DNA of 64,000 nt from Candidatus Bathyarchaeota archaeon (lineage in GTDB: Archaea > Thermoproteota > Bathyarchaeia > 40CM-2-53-6), in the NCBI GenBank assembly GCA_005888735.1, contig VBBN01000035.1:75671-139670 (forward strand), read 5' to 3'. The notes below the pieces were generated by a model that was not told where the DNA came from, ran no database searches, and saw only the letters and a program-made list of their open reading frames with translations. A program made the translations under genes and the position numbers. Below, piece by piece: positions 7,411 through 18,837 of the stretch (its first letter is position 1; the number at the start of each line of letters is the position of its first letter).

Positions 7411-7642
7411 GGATACGACTCTCCCCATTGAGTATTGATATGGCTTACCTGCCTTCATGGCTCGCGATCGTGCATCTGAGACCGGGGCGCCAGTACCTAC
7501 TAGCGCTTTCCTGTCAGCTCCAGAACCAGTTCTGAATCCGCTTCCCCCGCTGTATCCCCTAAACAGACCCTTCTCTCGAAGGCAAATAGCGTTCAAGAAT
7601 CACTTGGGCAAAAATTCGTCGACCGATTCTTGGAAGTCGTGT

Positions 7643-8509
7643 CTAAGCCTTTTTCCTGCTCTCTGAGCTGTCTCGGTTGACGCTTTCTCTCAATCTACCC
7701 AAGTACTCATCCTTCAGCCGCAGAAGTGATATGTCCATTTTCTCGGGAAAATCTCCATAGCTCTTCATCCAATAATGTTCCCTGTCGATCGCCCCTTCGC
7801 TGTATCTTGGTCCTGCTATCTCGTCGGAAATGTGGTGAAGCATTTCCTCGGCCAAGGTCTCAAGGCCCACAAAGTATGAGTCCGAATCGTTGCCGAAGTA
7901 CCAAGCATCGATCAAAGAGGCATACGTTTCCCTACCCAGTGCCATCACATTCAAACAATAATCAGCGTACGCATCCAGGTGTTGCCAGCCAAGCCTCGAC
8001 TTGTCAGGCAGCATCTCGCCGGCAAGAGAGAGGGAGTCGACGAGGCTTTCTGCGGAGTAGTCGACGCCGGGAAGGATTATTGGTACGACCGGGTTTTGGA
8101 TTTTCTTCGGCGAGAAACGGATCCCAACACGAGGAAGTTTCCTGAAGACGGATTGAATTCTCTGGTAGTCTGCCCGTCCCTCAGTGGATTCGTATGTTAT
8201 GAATGGTATTCTCGCCTGAAGAAATGGGTAGTTGTACGCGTGTCTCTCCAGGTCTAGTTTCATTTCTTCGAAGAAGTCGGCGAGGAAGTTCTTCGTGAGG
8301 AGAATGAAACCCTCGATGACAGTTCTTCTTGGATTCCTGGGGAGGTCTTGCTCCGAAATCTCTGAAGCTACTCTTTTTGTGAGCTCGTACGAAGGTATGG
8401 ACTGGAGATACTCGGTCAGCTCGCTCATCCGAGTAAGCTTGTACCATGAAGGGTGGATTCCCATCGTCAACTCTCGGACCCTGTAGACAGCGGACTCATA
8501 TCTGGGCAT
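7643..8509 (-). CDS. Hypothetical protein (288 aa)
   Basis: Long ORF with globular composition; no recognised family. Zincin-like spacing ETLAEEMLHH near the C-terminus. Confidence 0.7.
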   Translation of the reverse strand: MPRYESAVYRVRELTMGIHPSWYKLTRMSELTEYLQSIPSYELTKRVASEISEQDLPRNPRRTVIEGFILLTKNFLADFFEEMKLDLERHAYNYPFLQARIPFITYESTEGRADYQRIQSVFRKLPRVGIRFSPKKIQNPVVPIILPGVDYSAESLVDSLSLAGEMLPDKSRLGWQHLDAYADYCLNVMALGRETYASLIDAWYFGNDSDSYFVGLETLAEEMLHHISDEIAGPRYSEGAIDREHYWMKSYGDFPEKMDISLLRLKDEYLGRLRESVNRDSSESRKKA

Positions 8510-8541
8510 CCGTGTTAATTGTTTGGACCTCAGGACAAAGT

Positions 8542-9360
8542 ATGAAGGGAGGCGTGAATATCACTCTCATTGTTGTCAAAGACCGCGATGACCTATCAGA
8601 TGCGCGTCGAGAATACTATGCCTCCCTAGCTGAATTCTTTCTCAACCAGATAGGAAGAGGACCTGACACAATACTAGAAGCCGGATCAGGGAAAGGTCAA
8701 ATGACTTTCCCCCTTATCGCAAACCTTTCGCGGAGAGCTCGTCTAATTACCGTCGACTCATCAGAGGGGCCCTACGAAGGGTCCTTGGAACGGTTCCATT
8801 CAGGTTTGAAAGAGCAAGGGCTCGGTTTCAACATCCGGTCTATCAAGTCAGATGTGAGAAAGATGAGCAGCGTGGGAGACGCGAGTGTTGACGCAGTTAT
8901 CTCGAACGAGTTACTATGCGACCTCCGGGACGAGGTTCAGCTCTCCAAGGCTCTTCAGGAGTTCTACCGGGTTCTTCGCCCCGGCGGAGTGATGATTCAC
9001 GGTGAATGGTGCTCATGCCCGGCAAACAGGTCTCAGAAGATGACCATCAACGCCGACAGCTGCATCGGGACCAGCACTCCGAGCAAGTTCTGGAACCCGG
9101 ACGAATTGTTTGCAGCGATATGTCAAGCCGGGTTCGAGCGATTCTCGGTTACATATTTCGCGACGACGATGAGACTGAAATATCCTGCTGCCGTTGAAGA
9201 ACTTCGAATCTGGGGAGTAAGAAAGGCATTCATAGAAAGAAACGACAAATCTCTACGAAGGTACGGAATCGAGCTACCCTTCGAGCATATTGTGAGATGC
9301 AGGAAGCCCGTTAGGGCTGGGCGAACCTCAGCTCTTTGCCCTCAAGGTCGATTCAGGTGA
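8542..9360 (+). CDS. Class I SAM-dependent methyltransferase
   Basis: ILEAGSGKG, VDAVIS, EFYRVLRPGG. Start uncertain. Confidence 0.85.
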   Translation: MKGGVNITLIVVKDRDDLSDARREYYASLAEFFLNQIGRGPDTILEAGSGKGQMTFPLIANLSRRARLITVDSSEGPYEGSLERFHSGLKEQGLGFNIRSIKSDVRKMSSVGDASVDAVISNELLCDLRDEVQLSKALQEFYRVLRPGGVMIHGEWCSCPANRSQKMTINADSCIGTSTPSKFWNPDELFAAICQAGFERFSVTYFATTMRLKYPAAVEELRIWGVRKAFIERNDKSLRRYGIELPFEHIVRCRKPVRAGRTSALCPQGRFR

Positions 9361-9426
9361 GAACTAAATCGAGCTCATCCGCTAACTTCTGCTGGAGTAG
9401 TGAGATTCAGGTTCGAAGAAGCGTTG

Positions 9427-10017
9427 TCAGATCATACGTGCAACGTTCTGAAAGTAGCGGACCCCTTTTTTGCCATTCATGGCCTGCTCAATCGCCTGGT
9501 CTACAGCATCCTTTGGCGATGACGCAGACAAGACCTTTACTGTTTTCCTGTCATCAAGGAAAGTGTTGGCAATCTTGTCCGCCGTCCCGCCCGTCCCAGC
9601 CAAGGCAATGATCGGCTTGCCCTTCTGGTAGGCAACACAAGCCTCCACATATGTTCCCGCACCACCCCCAACGACCACTGCTGAATCGGCAGAATATGCC
9701 GTTATGTAGTTCCGAGAGAACCCTATCCCTGTCGGTATGATAATGTCGCAGTACGAGTTCGCATAGCTCATATCCTCGTGTGGAATAATTCCGACCACCA
9801 GGCCGCCCTTGTCCTTGGCACCTTTGCCAGCGGCCTCCATGACTCCTCCCAAACCTCCAGTAACCAGTATTGCGCTGTGGGAAGCGACCTGCGCACCGAC
9901 TTCTTGAGCAGCCTCATACACGTTGGCAGGACAATGGTCCCCGTCGGATCCGATGACAAGGACCTGGACAAGACGACGAAAGTTTGATTGATGGTTTCGA
10001 GCGACTCCTCTAAACAC
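9427..10017 (-). CDS. TIGR00725/LOG-family Rossmann-fold protein
   Basis: LVTGGLGGVMEAA, GLVVGIIP, TGIGFSRNY, GGGAGT..E. Start uncertain. Confidence 0.88.
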   Translation of the reverse strand: MFRGVARNHQSNFRRLVQVLVIGSDGDHCPANVYEAAQEVGAQVASHSAILVTGGLGGVMEAAGKGAKDKGGLVVGIIPHEDMSYANSYCDIIIPTGIGFSRNYITAYSADSAVVVGGGAGTYVEACVAYQKGKPIIALAGTGGTADKIANTFLDDRKTVKVLSASSPKDAVDQAIEQAMNGKKGVRYFQNVARMI

Positions 10018-10158
10018 TCATCGCACCTCTTAGAGAATAGGAAGGAGAGGCTAGCAAGCCGCGGTTTCTTATGAGTCTCATGTAACCCTACCATAACCGG
10101 GGAAGGTTTTAATCAGGACCGCGTCTCGAGCCCTCGTTCCTATTCACAGGATAGTCCC

Positions 10159-13100
10159 ATGCCAGCCTTCAAACCCGGAAAGATCGAACGGGTCGCAGGG
10201 CCAGTCATCGTCTCCAACGGCATGCTTGGTAGTCAGATGTACGAAGTAGTACGGGTCGGCGATCAGGGGCTCATCGGGGAAATCATACACATCGAAGGCG
10301 ACAAAGCTACCGTCCAAGTCTACGAGGAAACCGCAGGCATACGCCCTGGAGAAGCCGTTCAGAGAACCGGCCAAGCTCTCTCTGTAGAATTGGGACCGGG
10401 AATTACGGGTCAAATATACGACGGCATACAACGCCCCCTAACGGTCCTCTTCGAGAAGACAGGGCCATTCGTTCGCCGGGGAATCGCGCCCTCTCCAATT
10501 GACAAGTCGAAGAAATGGCACTTTGTCCCGACCATAAGTAATGGTGCAAATGTCTCGGGTGGCGACGTACTTGGAACGGTGAAGGAAACTTCCTTAATTA
10601 CGCAGAGAATCTTGGTCCCGCCGAACCTCTCAGGGCAGATTACGCACCTGGAGGGCGAAGGCGATTACACCGTTACGGAACAGATCGCTGAGCTACAAGC
10701 CCAAAGCGGTCCGACACCACTTTACCTGATGAGCAGTTGGCCAGTAAGAACCGCGCGGCCTGTTAAGAGAAAGCTTCCTTCCGATACGCCACTCCTCACC
10801 GGGCAGCGTATAATGGACTTCTTCTTCCCAATTGTCAAGGGTGGAACCGCTGCTATTCCCGGGGGTTTTGGAACCGGAAAGTGTGTCGACCCAGAAACGC
10901 CCATTCTGTTGGCTGACGGCCGACTGAGGAGGATGCGTGAACTCGTCGGAAATGCTTCAAAGTCACGCGTCGTGGAGAGTAATGCTAACGAGACCATCTA
11001 TCAATACAATGACCCTCTCCGAATAGTCTCACTGTCCAACCCAGAGTTCAACGAGGCTGAAGCACCGCTTGGTTACAAAGGCCACACTCAAGAGCTCGTT
11101 TCAGTCAAGACTCGGAGTGGCCGGATGGTCAAAGTCACACCAGTTCATCAGCTACACCAGCTACGACAAGATGGCACCGTGGTTGAGACTCCGGCTGGCG
11201 AGATCAAGACTGGAGACTTTCTCGTCGCGCCGCGCAAAATTCCTCTCTCGCTGAGCATCAAGAGTATCGACCCGTGCCAGTTGCTTCCAGGGACGATGAG
11301 AATCAGAGACCCTAAGTCTACCGCAACAGCGAGGAGACTCATAAGGAAGTTGGCAAGGGCAACAACCCTCAAGGCCCTCTCAAAAAGTCTTCACGTCAGC
11401 TATCCCTCACTTCTCAACTATCTCTATGGTAGAGCACGCCCAACCTTGAGCTTCTTCGCCCAATTATCCGCGGCCTCTGGCGAGAAGATTCCCGTCGAAT
11501 ACGTGGAGGCTCAGAGACAGGAAAAGAGAATCCGGGTCCCACCGCAGATGACAGCAGATCTAGCCGAGTTAATCGGACTGATCCTTTCCGATGGAACATT
11601 AAGGGCGGGAAGAATTGTTGCTCTTTTCAACAATGACCAAAAGGTCCTGGGACGTTTCACCCAGCTGGCCCAGCAAATCTTCGAGGTCAGGGCGAAGCCG
11701 GGAAAGCACCGTGGAGGATCGCTTGTTGCGGTGGACAGTACGGCACTAGCGAGCTTCTTGGTCGGCATCGGAGTGCCAGCGGGAAAAAAGTCGAGAATTG
11801 TCAAAGTCCCAGACCTCGTCTGCATGTCTCCGGACAATGTCATGGCGGGCTTCCTCGTTGGCTATGCCGCTGGTGATGGCTCGTTCCGAGAATTCGCGCT
11901 CGAAATCGGCACCGCTAGCCAAGAAATGGCCTTAGGTCTATCCTATCTCCTAACTCGGCTGGGGGTTCTTCACAGGACTATGCAGAGACAAGTGGACGAC
12001 CACACCCACCACAGAGTCATTGTCGAAGGAAAAGATGCGATTACAGAACTCTTCAAGCGCCTTCCAAGGGGACTGCCCTACTCTTTCCTCGGAAGAATGG
12101 CCGAGTATGTAAACAACAGAAAGAAAAGTTACAACTCGACGGATACAGTCCCGTTGGGCCCATCGATTATCAGGACGACGATAGAAGGTTTCGGCCTCTC
12201 CAGAAAAGAACTCGAGGAAAATGGGCTTTGGACCCGAAACTACACGGAGCTTGGTGAGAAGCCTACGGTCGCCACTCTGAAGCGTTTCGTGGCATTCGTT
12301 AAGGAACGAGGCGAGCCGAAGCATCATAACTCTGAAGCGCTCGAAAACTTGGAACATATTGTGCAGCTTTCCGAGCATACCTACTTCGACGAAGTGGTCG
12401 ATGTCCAACGGGTCCCCTATCAAGGCGAAGTTCTCGACGTGGCTGTCCCAGGCTATGAGAACTTTGTAGGTGGCTGGGGACCCATGATCTGCCACAACAC
12501 AATGATGCAGCAGCAGCTTGCAAAGTGGGCGGACGCGTCGGTCATCGTTTACGTGGGGTGTGGCGAGCGTGGGAATGAGATGGCTGAGGTCCTGGAAACG
12601 TTTCCCAAGCTTACAGACCCCCGCAGTGGTGAGCCACTGATGAACCGAACGATTCTCGTCGCCAACACTTCGAACATGCCGATAGCAGCGCGAGAAGCAA
12701 GTGTTTACACAGGAATCACAATCGCTGAGTACTTCCGTGATATGGGCTACGATGTGGCGCTCATGGCAGATTCTACTAGCCGTTGGGCAGAGGCTTTGCG
12801 CGAAATCAGCGGCAGGCTCGAGGAGATGCCTGGTGAAGAAGGCTACCCTGCCTATCTCGCGTCTAAACTGGCGGAGTTCTACGAGCGAGCTGGACGTGTC
12901 GAGGTTCTTGGGGCTGAGAACAAGATAGGCTCAATCTCGGTCGTCGGAGCGGTATCGCCTCCAGGGGGCGACTTCTCGGAACCCGTCACTCAGAATACGC
13001 TGCGAATAGTAAAGGTGTTCTGGGCGCTAGACACGGAGCTCGCACACAGACGACACTTCCCAGCCATCAACTGGTTGACAAGCTACTCCCTCTATACAGA

Positions 13101-13542
13101 CAATCTTGACACGTGGTACGAGAAAGAGGCTGGTGACCAGTGGGTCAGCTTGCGCAAGGAAGCAATGTCATTGCTACAGCGAGACGAAGAGCTACGCGAG
13201 ATCGTTATGCTCGTGGGACCCGACGCTCTTTCTGAAGGCCAACGGGTAATCCTCGAAGCCGCGAGAATGATCAAAGAGGATTTTCTGATGCAGCATGCCT
13301 ACCATCAGGTAGACAGCTACTGCGACAGACTCAAGACCTACCGCATGATGCGTCTCATCCTCGACTTTTACGGCTTCATGCAGAAGGCGGTGGAAGGCGG
13401 AATTCCGCTCCAGAAAATCGTTGACCTCCCCGTGAAATCCGAAATTAGCAGAATGAGGCTCACACCAGGGGACAAGTTCGACGATTATGCTCAGAACATC
13501 ACAGACAGCATGAACAACCAGTTCAAACAGCTCATCAGGTGA
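10159..13542 (+). CDS. atpA: A/V-type ATP synthase subunit A (intein-containing; 588-aa extein)
   Basis: [20 protein letters not shown]|intein|[33 protein letters not shown]. Confidence 0.97.
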   Translation: MPAFKPGKIERVAGPVIVSNGMLGSQMYEVVRVGDQGLIGEIIHIEGDKATVQVYEETAGIRPGEAVQRTGQALSVELGPGITGQIYDGIQRPLTVLFEKTGPFVRRGIAPSPIDKSKKWHFVPTISNGANVSGGDVLGTVKETSLITQRILVPPNLSGQITHLEGEGDYTVTEQIAELQAQSGPTPLYLMSSWPVRTARPVKRKLPSDTPLLTGQRIMDFFFPIVKGGTAAIPGGFGTGKCVDPETPILLADGRLRRMRELVGNASKSRVVESNANETIYQYNDPLRIVSLSNPEFNEAEAPLGYKGHTQELVSVKTRSGRMVKVTPVHQLHQLRQDGTVVETPAGEIKTGDFLVAPRKIPLSLSIKSIDPCQLLPGTMRIRDPKSTATARRLIRKLARATTLKALSKSLHVSYPSLLNYLYGRARPTLSFFAQLSAASGEKIPVEYVEAQRQEKRIRVPPQMTADLAELIGLILSDGTLRAGRIVALFNNDQKVLGRFTQLAQQIFEVRAKPGKHRGGSLVAVDSTALASFLVGIGVPAGKKSRIVKVPDLVCMSPDNVMAGFLVGYAAGDGSFREFALEIGTASQEMALGLSYLLTRLGVLHRTMQRQVDDHTHHRVIVEGKDAITELFKRLPRGLPYSFLGRMAEYVNNRKKSYNSTDTVPLGPSIIRTTIEGFGLSRKELEENGLWTRNYTELGEKPTVATLKRFVAFVKERGEPKHHNSEALENLEHIVQLSEHTYFDEVVDVQRVPYQGEVLDVAVPGYENFVGGWGPMICHNTMMQQQLAKWADASVIVYVGCGERGNEMAEVLETFPKLTDPRSGEPLMNRTILVANTSNMPIAAREASVYTGITIAEYFRDMGYDVALMADSTSRWAEALREISGRLEEMPGEEGYPAYLASKLAEFYERAGRVEVLGAENKIGSISVVGAVSPPGGDFSEPVTQNTLRIVKVFWALDTELAHRRHFPAINWLTSYSLYTDNLDTWYEKEAGDQWVSLRKEAMSLLQRDEELREIVMLVGPDALSEGQRVILEAARMIKEDFLMQHAYHQVDSYCDRLKTYRMMRLILDFYGFMQKAVEGGIPLQKIVDLPVKSEISRMRLTPGDKFDDYAQNITDSMNNQFKQLIR
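10882..12498 (+). mobile_element. Intein with LAGLIDADG endonuclease and HTH insert (539 aa)
   Basis: Starts CVDPET, block B VKVTPVH, LAGLIDADG boxes LIGLILSDG and [10 protein letters not shown], ends ENFVGG...ICHN followed by Thr(+1). Inserted between K and T of Walker A. Confidence 0.95.
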
Positions 13543-13547
13543 TAGAA

Positions 13548-14945
13548 ATGTCACTATCCGGCCTTGAATACTCAACGATTAGAGAAATATCTGGGCCGCT
13601 ACTCTTCGTCGAATCCGTAAGAGGAGTTGGCTATGGGGAACTCGCCCGAATCAAGACCCCTTCAGGCGAAGAGCGTAGAGGCCAGGTCCTGGAGATCGGT
13701 GAGGGAATCGCCGTGGTGCAGGTCTTCGAGGGGACCTCTGGTCTCGATGTTGAGAAGACTAGTATTCGCTTTACTGGGGAAACGGTCAAGCTTCCAGTCT
13801 CTTCCGACATGCTCGGAAGGATATTCGACGGAAGCGGTCGTCCCATCGATGGTGGACCCCGAGTCATTCCCGACGATTACGCAGACGTTCACGGTGCTCC
13901 GATCAACCCATTCGCAAGGGAATACCCCCGGGAGTTCATCCAAACAGGTCTCTCCTCGATCGACGGTATGAACACACTGGTCCGTGGACAGAAGCTACCA
14001 CTTTTCTCGGCCTCGGGTCTTCCTCACAACGCAGTCGCTGCCCAGATTGCCCGTCAGGCGCGCGTCAGGGGCACAGAGGAATCCTTCGTCACAGTGTTTG
14101 CCGCCATGGGCATTACCGCTGATGAAGCGCGGTTCTTCCGCGAAGACTTCGAGAAGCAAGGAGCATTCGACCATGTGACCATGTTCGTGAACTTGGCAGA
14201 TGACCCTGCTATCGAGCGCATTCTCACCCCACGTCTCGCCCTGACAGCGGCGGAATATTTCGCGGTCAAGCTCGGCATGCACGTGCTAGTCATTCTTACG
14301 GACATGACCAATTATGCAGAGTCGTTGCGAGAGATCTCTGCTGCCCGTGAAGAAGTTCCAGGCCGACGCGGTTATCCAGGATATATGTACACGGACCTCG
14401 CCACGATTTATGAGAGAGCCGGGCGTCTTCACGGGTCAAAAGGATCCATAACACAAATGCCCATTCTCACGATGCCAGGTGACGACATCACCCATCCTAT
14501 ACCTGACCTAACCGGCTACATTACCGAGGGCCAGCTTATTGTCGACCGTGGTCTCCATAGAAAGGGCATCTATCCTCCAATAGACCCATCACCTTCACTC
14601 TCGCGTTTGATGAAAGAAGGCATTGGAGCTGGTAGGACGAGGGAGGACCATCGTGAGATTTCGGACCAGCTATACTATGCGTACGCTGAGGGTCGAAGCT
14701 TTCGCGACCTTGTGGCTGTCGTAGGCGAAGAGGCGCTATCGGCTAGGGACAAACTCTACCTTCGTTTCGCCGATGACTTCGAGAAGAAATTTATCAGCCA
14801 AGGGGTCTATGAAAACCGGGATATCGACGCGACTCTTGACCTTGGCTGGAGCCTGATAAGTGCCATCCCAGAGACCGAACTTAAGAGAATCGACCCGGCC
14901 ACAATCAAGAAGTACCATCCAAAATACCGCGAGAAGGCCAACTAA
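13548..14945 (+). CDS. atpB: A/V-type ATP synthase subunit B
   Basis: [44 protein letters not shown]; SD-like AGGTGA precedes ATG 13548. Confidence 0.97.
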   Translation: MSLSGLEYSTIREISGPLLFVESVRGVGYGELARIKTPSGEERRGQVLEIGEGIAVVQVFEGTSGLDVEKTSIRFTGETVKLPVSSDMLGRIFDGSGRPIDGGPRVIPDDYADVHGAPINPFAREYPREFIQTGLSSIDGMNTLVRGQKLPLFSASGLPHNAVAAQIARQARVRGTEESFVTVFAAMGITADEARFFREDFEKQGAFDHVTMFVNLADDPAIERILTPRLALTAAEYFAVKLGMHVLVILTDMTNYAESLREISAAREEVPGRRGYPGYMYTDLATIYERAGRLHGSKGSITQMPILTMPGDDITHPIPDLTGYITEGQLIVDRGLHRKGIYPPIDPSPSLSRLMKEGIGAGRTREDHREISDQLYYAYAEGRSFRDLVAVVGEEALSARDKLYLRFADDFEKKFISQGVYENRDIDATLDLGWSLISAIPETELKRIDPATIKKYHPKYREKAN

Positions 14946-15611
14946 GTGTCCGAGATCATCCAGGGTGCTCGCACCACCCGGATGGAGCTCATCGCCCTTC
15001 GAAAGCGCAAGAAAATCGCTGAAAGAGGCGGTGAACTGTTGAGAGAGAAGCTGGACGCGCTAATGATCGAGTTTTTCCAGTTCGCCAGGGAAATCACCGC
15101 CCTTCGAGCAAAGACCCAGGACATACTCCAGCGAGCCTATCTGAAATTCATCGAGGCTCAGATGCTCATGGGGTTTGCACGTATGGAAGAAGCAGCTCTA
15201 ACAGCCCAGGACAGGTTTGAGGTTGAAGCCTCTACACGAAACGTCATAGGTGTCTCTATCCCCTATGCCCAGGTCAAGATCAAGCCTCTAGAAGGATACC
15301 CGTATCCGATGATTGGGACCTCGGCCAAGCTTGACGAGGCTGTAGCGACGATGTCGGAGGCTGTGAAGAGCGTTGCAGAACTTTCAGCCGCGGAAGCTGC
15401 TATTGTTCGTCTTGCAGAGGCGATCGCGGCCACGAAGCGGCGTGTCAACAGCTTAGAATTCATCGTCATTCCGCGGATTCAGAACACGATTAGGTACATT
15501 GAAATGTCATTGCAGGAGAGGGCCCGCGAGGACTTTTTCAGGCTGAAGAGGATCAAGACTCGTCTGGAAGAGGAAGAAGCCGAGGCCCAGCCTGAGCCTA
15601 TAGCAGCCTAG
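14946..15611 (+). CDS. atpD: A/V-type ATP synthase subunit D
   Basis: TRMELI, LLREKLDAL, TKRRVNSLE..VIP, EDFFRLK; abuts atpB. Confidence 0.95.
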   Translation: MSEIIQGARTTRMELIALRKRKKIAERGGELLREKLDALMIEFFQFAREITALRAKTQDILQRAYLKFIEAQMLMGFARMEEAALTAQDRFEVEASTRNVIGVSIPYAQVKIKPLEGYPYPMIGTSAKLDEAVATMSEAVKSVAELSAAEAAIVRLAEAIAATKRRVNSLEFIVIPRIQNTIRYIEMSLQERAREDFFRLKRIKTRLEEEEAEAQPEPIAA

Positions 15612-16536
15612 ACATCAAGTATTCCATAGCGACGCCGTCCAGTGCAGCGACTCCGCCGGATTTGAACAGAGTTACATCTTCGTCTGAACGGTTCAGTTTT
15701 TCAGGATGCAGAAGTAGATCTCCCAGCTCTCGAATTTGCGACTTTCTGATCGCGCCCTGTTTCAGGGGTTTCATGATGTCGCCATAACTGGCTAGCGCCT
15801 GAGCCTTCGAGTCTACAACTATTATCGAGCGTTTCACGAACTCTGTGTCTATCTCGCGCGCTTCTGGGGTTGCGGCACCCACCGCATTGACATGCGTTCC
15901 CATTCGAACTAGTCGCCCTGGGAACAGCGGTTTCGTCGAGTTCGTTGCAAGCACGAGAATGTCTGCGTCTCTGACAATTTCTAGGGGTTTCGCAATTGGT
16001 CTAACCTCTATTCCATTCTCAGAGGTCTCTTTCGCGAACTTCTCACGTCTTGCCGTTGACCTTGAGTAGATGAGAACTCGAGAGATTTTCCTGGCGGTTT
16101 TCAAGGCCTGAACATGCGCCTTAGCCTGCTTTCCCGTCCCGAAGATACCCAAGACTGATGCGTTCTTGTGTGCCAGCAGATCCGTAGCAACCGCTGAACT
16201 GGCTGCCGTACGCAACGCTGTCAATGTCTCCGCCTCAACTCTTGCGAGCTCGCGTCCTGTTGTGGAGTCGTACGCGTGTATGGTGGCCTGGACTGATGGT
16301 AGCGCACGGTTTGGGTTTCGAGGGTTGAGCCTCGCAATCTTTACTGAGACCACCCTTCCTCCAATTATGTAGCTTGGCATGCTGTAGACCGAAAGCCCAT
16401 CCTTTGTCAAGAGCCAGGCTCGTTCTGGGCTCGCAACCTCTCCTTTCGCGAGTCTGAGGTAGGCTTCGCGGGCAAGCCTGATCGACGTTTCCACGCTGAG
16501 GTTTTCCTCAACGGTCCTCTCGCTTACCCAAAACAT
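15598..16536 (-). CDS. Ornithine cyclodeaminase/alanine dehydrogenase (mu-crystallin) family
   Basis: LTALRTAASSAVA, GIFGTGKQA, GTHVNAVGA, TLFKSGG. Confidence 0.92.
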   Translation of the reverse strand: MFWVSERTVEENLSVETSIRLAREAYLRLAKGEVASPERAWLLTKDGLSVYSMPSYIIGGRVVSVKIARLNPRNPNRALPSVQATIHAYDSTTGRELARVEAETLTALRTAASSAVATDLLAHKNASVLGIFGTGKQAKAHVQALKTARKISRVLIYSRSTARREKFAKETSENGIEVRPIAKPLEIVRDADILVLATNSTKPLFPGRLVRMGTHVNAVGAATPEAREIDTEFVKRSIIVVDSKAQALASYGDIMKPLKQGAIRKSQIRELGDLLLHPEKLNRSDEDVTLFKSGGVAALDGVAMEYLMSRLL

Positions 16537-16631
16537 TCTGCTCGTTCCTCACTTACTTCGAAGATCCGGTGCAAAAAATGGTTTCAGCCCCCCCAACCAC
16601 ACTGTCCGAAGAAGCGAGTCAACAGGATAAT

Positions 16632-16797
16632 CCGCCTCAACGGCCTGAAGGAAAATGTTAACGACTCCGTTATCTCAATACACCAGACTCGCTCATTCTG
16701 CGCCCTGTCTGCTGAGACATGCCCACTCCCCTCGCCAGACAGAAAAAGACTGTTCAAAAAAACGAGCGAGCACGATTCCGACATTTGATACGTAAGA
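16632..16797 (+). repeat. Dispersed intergenic repeat A, copy 1
   Basis: Blocks CCTGAAGGAAA, TAACGA, TATCTCAA, AGACTCGCTCATTCT, GCCCTGT, GCCAGACAGAAAA and an A-run, shared in order and spacing with copies 2-4. Confidence 0.85.
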
Positions 16798-16928
16798 CCA
16801 GGGGTTCCTTTCATGCGAAACCTTCAGTGGAGAATCGTCGGGATCCTTCCGTCTAGCATGCTGCAAGGGTGCCCTCGAAAGAAATTCAAGGGTAAAAAAG
16901 GGGTTTACTCCCAGGACCAATGGTTCTC

Positions 16929-17261
16929 TCATGCTTTGCGCTCTAGGATAATCTCTATGGTGGAGACGTTTCTAGCATCCTGGTTTTCTCCGACAATCTC
17001 CGTGCCCAAATTCACATGCTTGCTCAAGCCGCCCTGGAAGAAGCGGTTGTTCACCACTTCAGCCACATCAACGGCAGTGCTGATGGCTCGTCCACGAGCC
17101 TTTAGGGTCAGCTTCTTGGCACCCGTGTTGTAATGCATCATGACGGCAGTTGCATAAGCCATAATCGGCTTCTTGCCGATCAGTATAGTGTCTGGTGGAA
17201 TGTCGGTTCTGCGCATCTGGGTAGGAGCCCTCTCCGTCTTCCTTGGTTCTTCCAATGTCAA
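16929..17261 (-). CDS. albA: DNA/RNA-binding protein Alba
   Basis: ILIGKKPIMAY, LKARGRAISTAVDVAE, NVSTIEIIL; strong SD GGAGGTGA before TTG 17261. Confidence 0.95.
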   Translation of the reverse strand: MTLEEPRKTERAPTQMRRTDIPPDTILIGKKPIMAYATAVMMHYNTGAKKLTLKARGRAISTAVDVAEVVNNRFFQGGLSKHVNLGTEIVGENQDARNVSTIEIILERKA

Positions 17262-17376
17262 TCGTTCACCTCCGAGACTTCGGTAGTACGCTGCCTTCGG
17301 TGAAGGCACAAGGAAGTGACGCTGGCTAATTAACTAAGCTTTACCTAGCAAATTACGGAACATCAGGTAGCTATCA

Positions 17377-18240
17377 GTGAACAAGCCATACGCCATAGTC
17401 AAAAGCCCAAACCACTCCACGACCCAGCTCTTTCTCGGCGACTCTCTCGAAGGCATGAGGAAACACGTTCCTCCACGCTCAATCGACGTTGTCGTCACCT
17501 CTCCACCCTACAACATAGGCGCCCGCTATAGCAAGTATCGGGACAAACTCCCTCGAGAAGCCTATCTCGCATGGCTTGGGCAAGTGTGCGAGGGCGTGAA
17601 ACGCGTCCTCAAAGACGACGGCTCCTTCTTCCTCAACATCGGCTCAACCCCCAAAGACCCCTGGACCCCGTTAGACGTGGCACAACAGCTTCGAAACATG
17701 TTCATTCTCCAGAACATTATCCTCTGGGTCAAGTCCATCGCAATTCCCAAAGCAGACGTGGGCAAGTCCCAGAACATCATGGGAGACATGGCGGTCGGCC
17801 ACTACCAGCCGATAGGCGGCAATCGCTTCCTGAACGAATCCCACGAATTCATCTTCCATTTCACCAAGACCGGCAAGGTTCCCTTGGACCGGCTGGGCAT
17901 CGGCGTCCCGTACCAGGACAAGTCCAACGTGGGACGCTGGAAGAAGGCCGGCTGTGACCTCCGCTGCCGGGGCAACTCTTGGTTCATACCCTATCAGACA
18001 ATCTGGAACCGCGAGAAGCAGCGTCCCCACCCGACGACTTTCCCCGACCGTCTTCCGGAGATGTGTATCCGACTCCACGGTCTCTCCAAGACGCGGATGG
18101 TCATGGACCCGTTCCTCGGCCTCGGCTCAACCGCCCTAGCCGCCATGCGTCTTGGCGCTAGCTGCATTGGCTTCGACCTCGACCCACACTACTTGGCGGA
18201 GGCCAGACACCGCCTCGAGGGATATGCTCGAAAGCCCTAG
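17377..18240 (+). CDS. Orphan N4-cytosine/N6-adenine DNA methyltransferase (beta class)
   Basis: Motif IV VTSPPY precedes HPTTFP and motif [10 protein letters not shown]; no adjacent endonuclease. Confidence 0.93.
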   Translation: MNKPYAIVKSPNHSTTQLFLGDSLEGMRKHVPPRSIDVVVTSPPYNIGARYSKYRDKLPREAYLAWLGQVCEGVKRVLKDDGSFFLNIGSTPKDPWTPLDVAQQLRNMFILQNIILWVKSIAIPKADVGKSQNIMGDMAVGHYQPIGGNRFLNESHEFIFHFTKTGKVPLDRLGIGVPYQDKSNVGRWKKAGCDLRCRGNSWFIPYQTIWNREKQRPHPTTFPDRLPEMCIRLHGLSKTRMVMDPFLGLGSTALAAMRLGASCIGFDLDPHYLAEARHRLEGYARKP

Positions 18241-18510
18241 GTCTGTACTAGTCCGAACGAAAATGAAACTATTCCAAAAATTTCAGAGTGAAGACTTCTC
18301 GGAAACTTGTCGCGGGTCTTGACATAACCGGACAGTTGTGCGCGAGGCCAGGAATTCTTAGTTCTAGCCTAGAAATAGCGGTGTCATGTTAACCAGCCAC
18401 TAGCAAGAACAATACCGTACCGTTCAACCGTTCTGAACAGAAGATGTCCAATATTTTTTTCGCGTTCAATTATGATGCATTATCCTTAACGACTGCACAC
18501 ACTGTAGTCC

Positions 18511-18762
18511 ATGGCGAAGTTCATCTTCTCCCTGGGGGACGCGAACTACCAGATGTTGAAGAGCGAGGCCAAGTTGCGCGACATTACCATCCAAGAGCTT
18601 CTCCGCGCCGTCATCATACCTGACTGGATGAAGATCAACATGGAAACACGCACTCTCGGCAGCCACTCCACTTCGAGCCTGGTCTCCTCTTCTACTGGAA
18701 TCCTGAACCGTAGCTCGTTTGCTCAGCCGACGTCGATTGGGCGCCTAAACCTGAAGCCTTAG
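18511..18762 (+). CDS. Ribbon-helix-helix (CopG-like) DNA-binding protein with low-complexity tail
   Basis: KFIFSL strand + NYQMLKSEAKLRDI helix + TIQELLRAVI helix; Ser-rich C-terminus. Confidence 0.65.
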   Translation: MAKFIFSLGDANYQMLKSEAKLRDITIQELLRAVIIPDWMKINMETRTLGSHSTSSLVSSSTGILNRSSFAQPTSIGRLNLKP

Positions 18763-18837
18763 CCCAATCGACCCCCTCTTTTTCGGGAGAGACCAGCCAG
18801 CTTGGCCGTCGAAACGTCGTATGCTTCCTCGGGTGAC

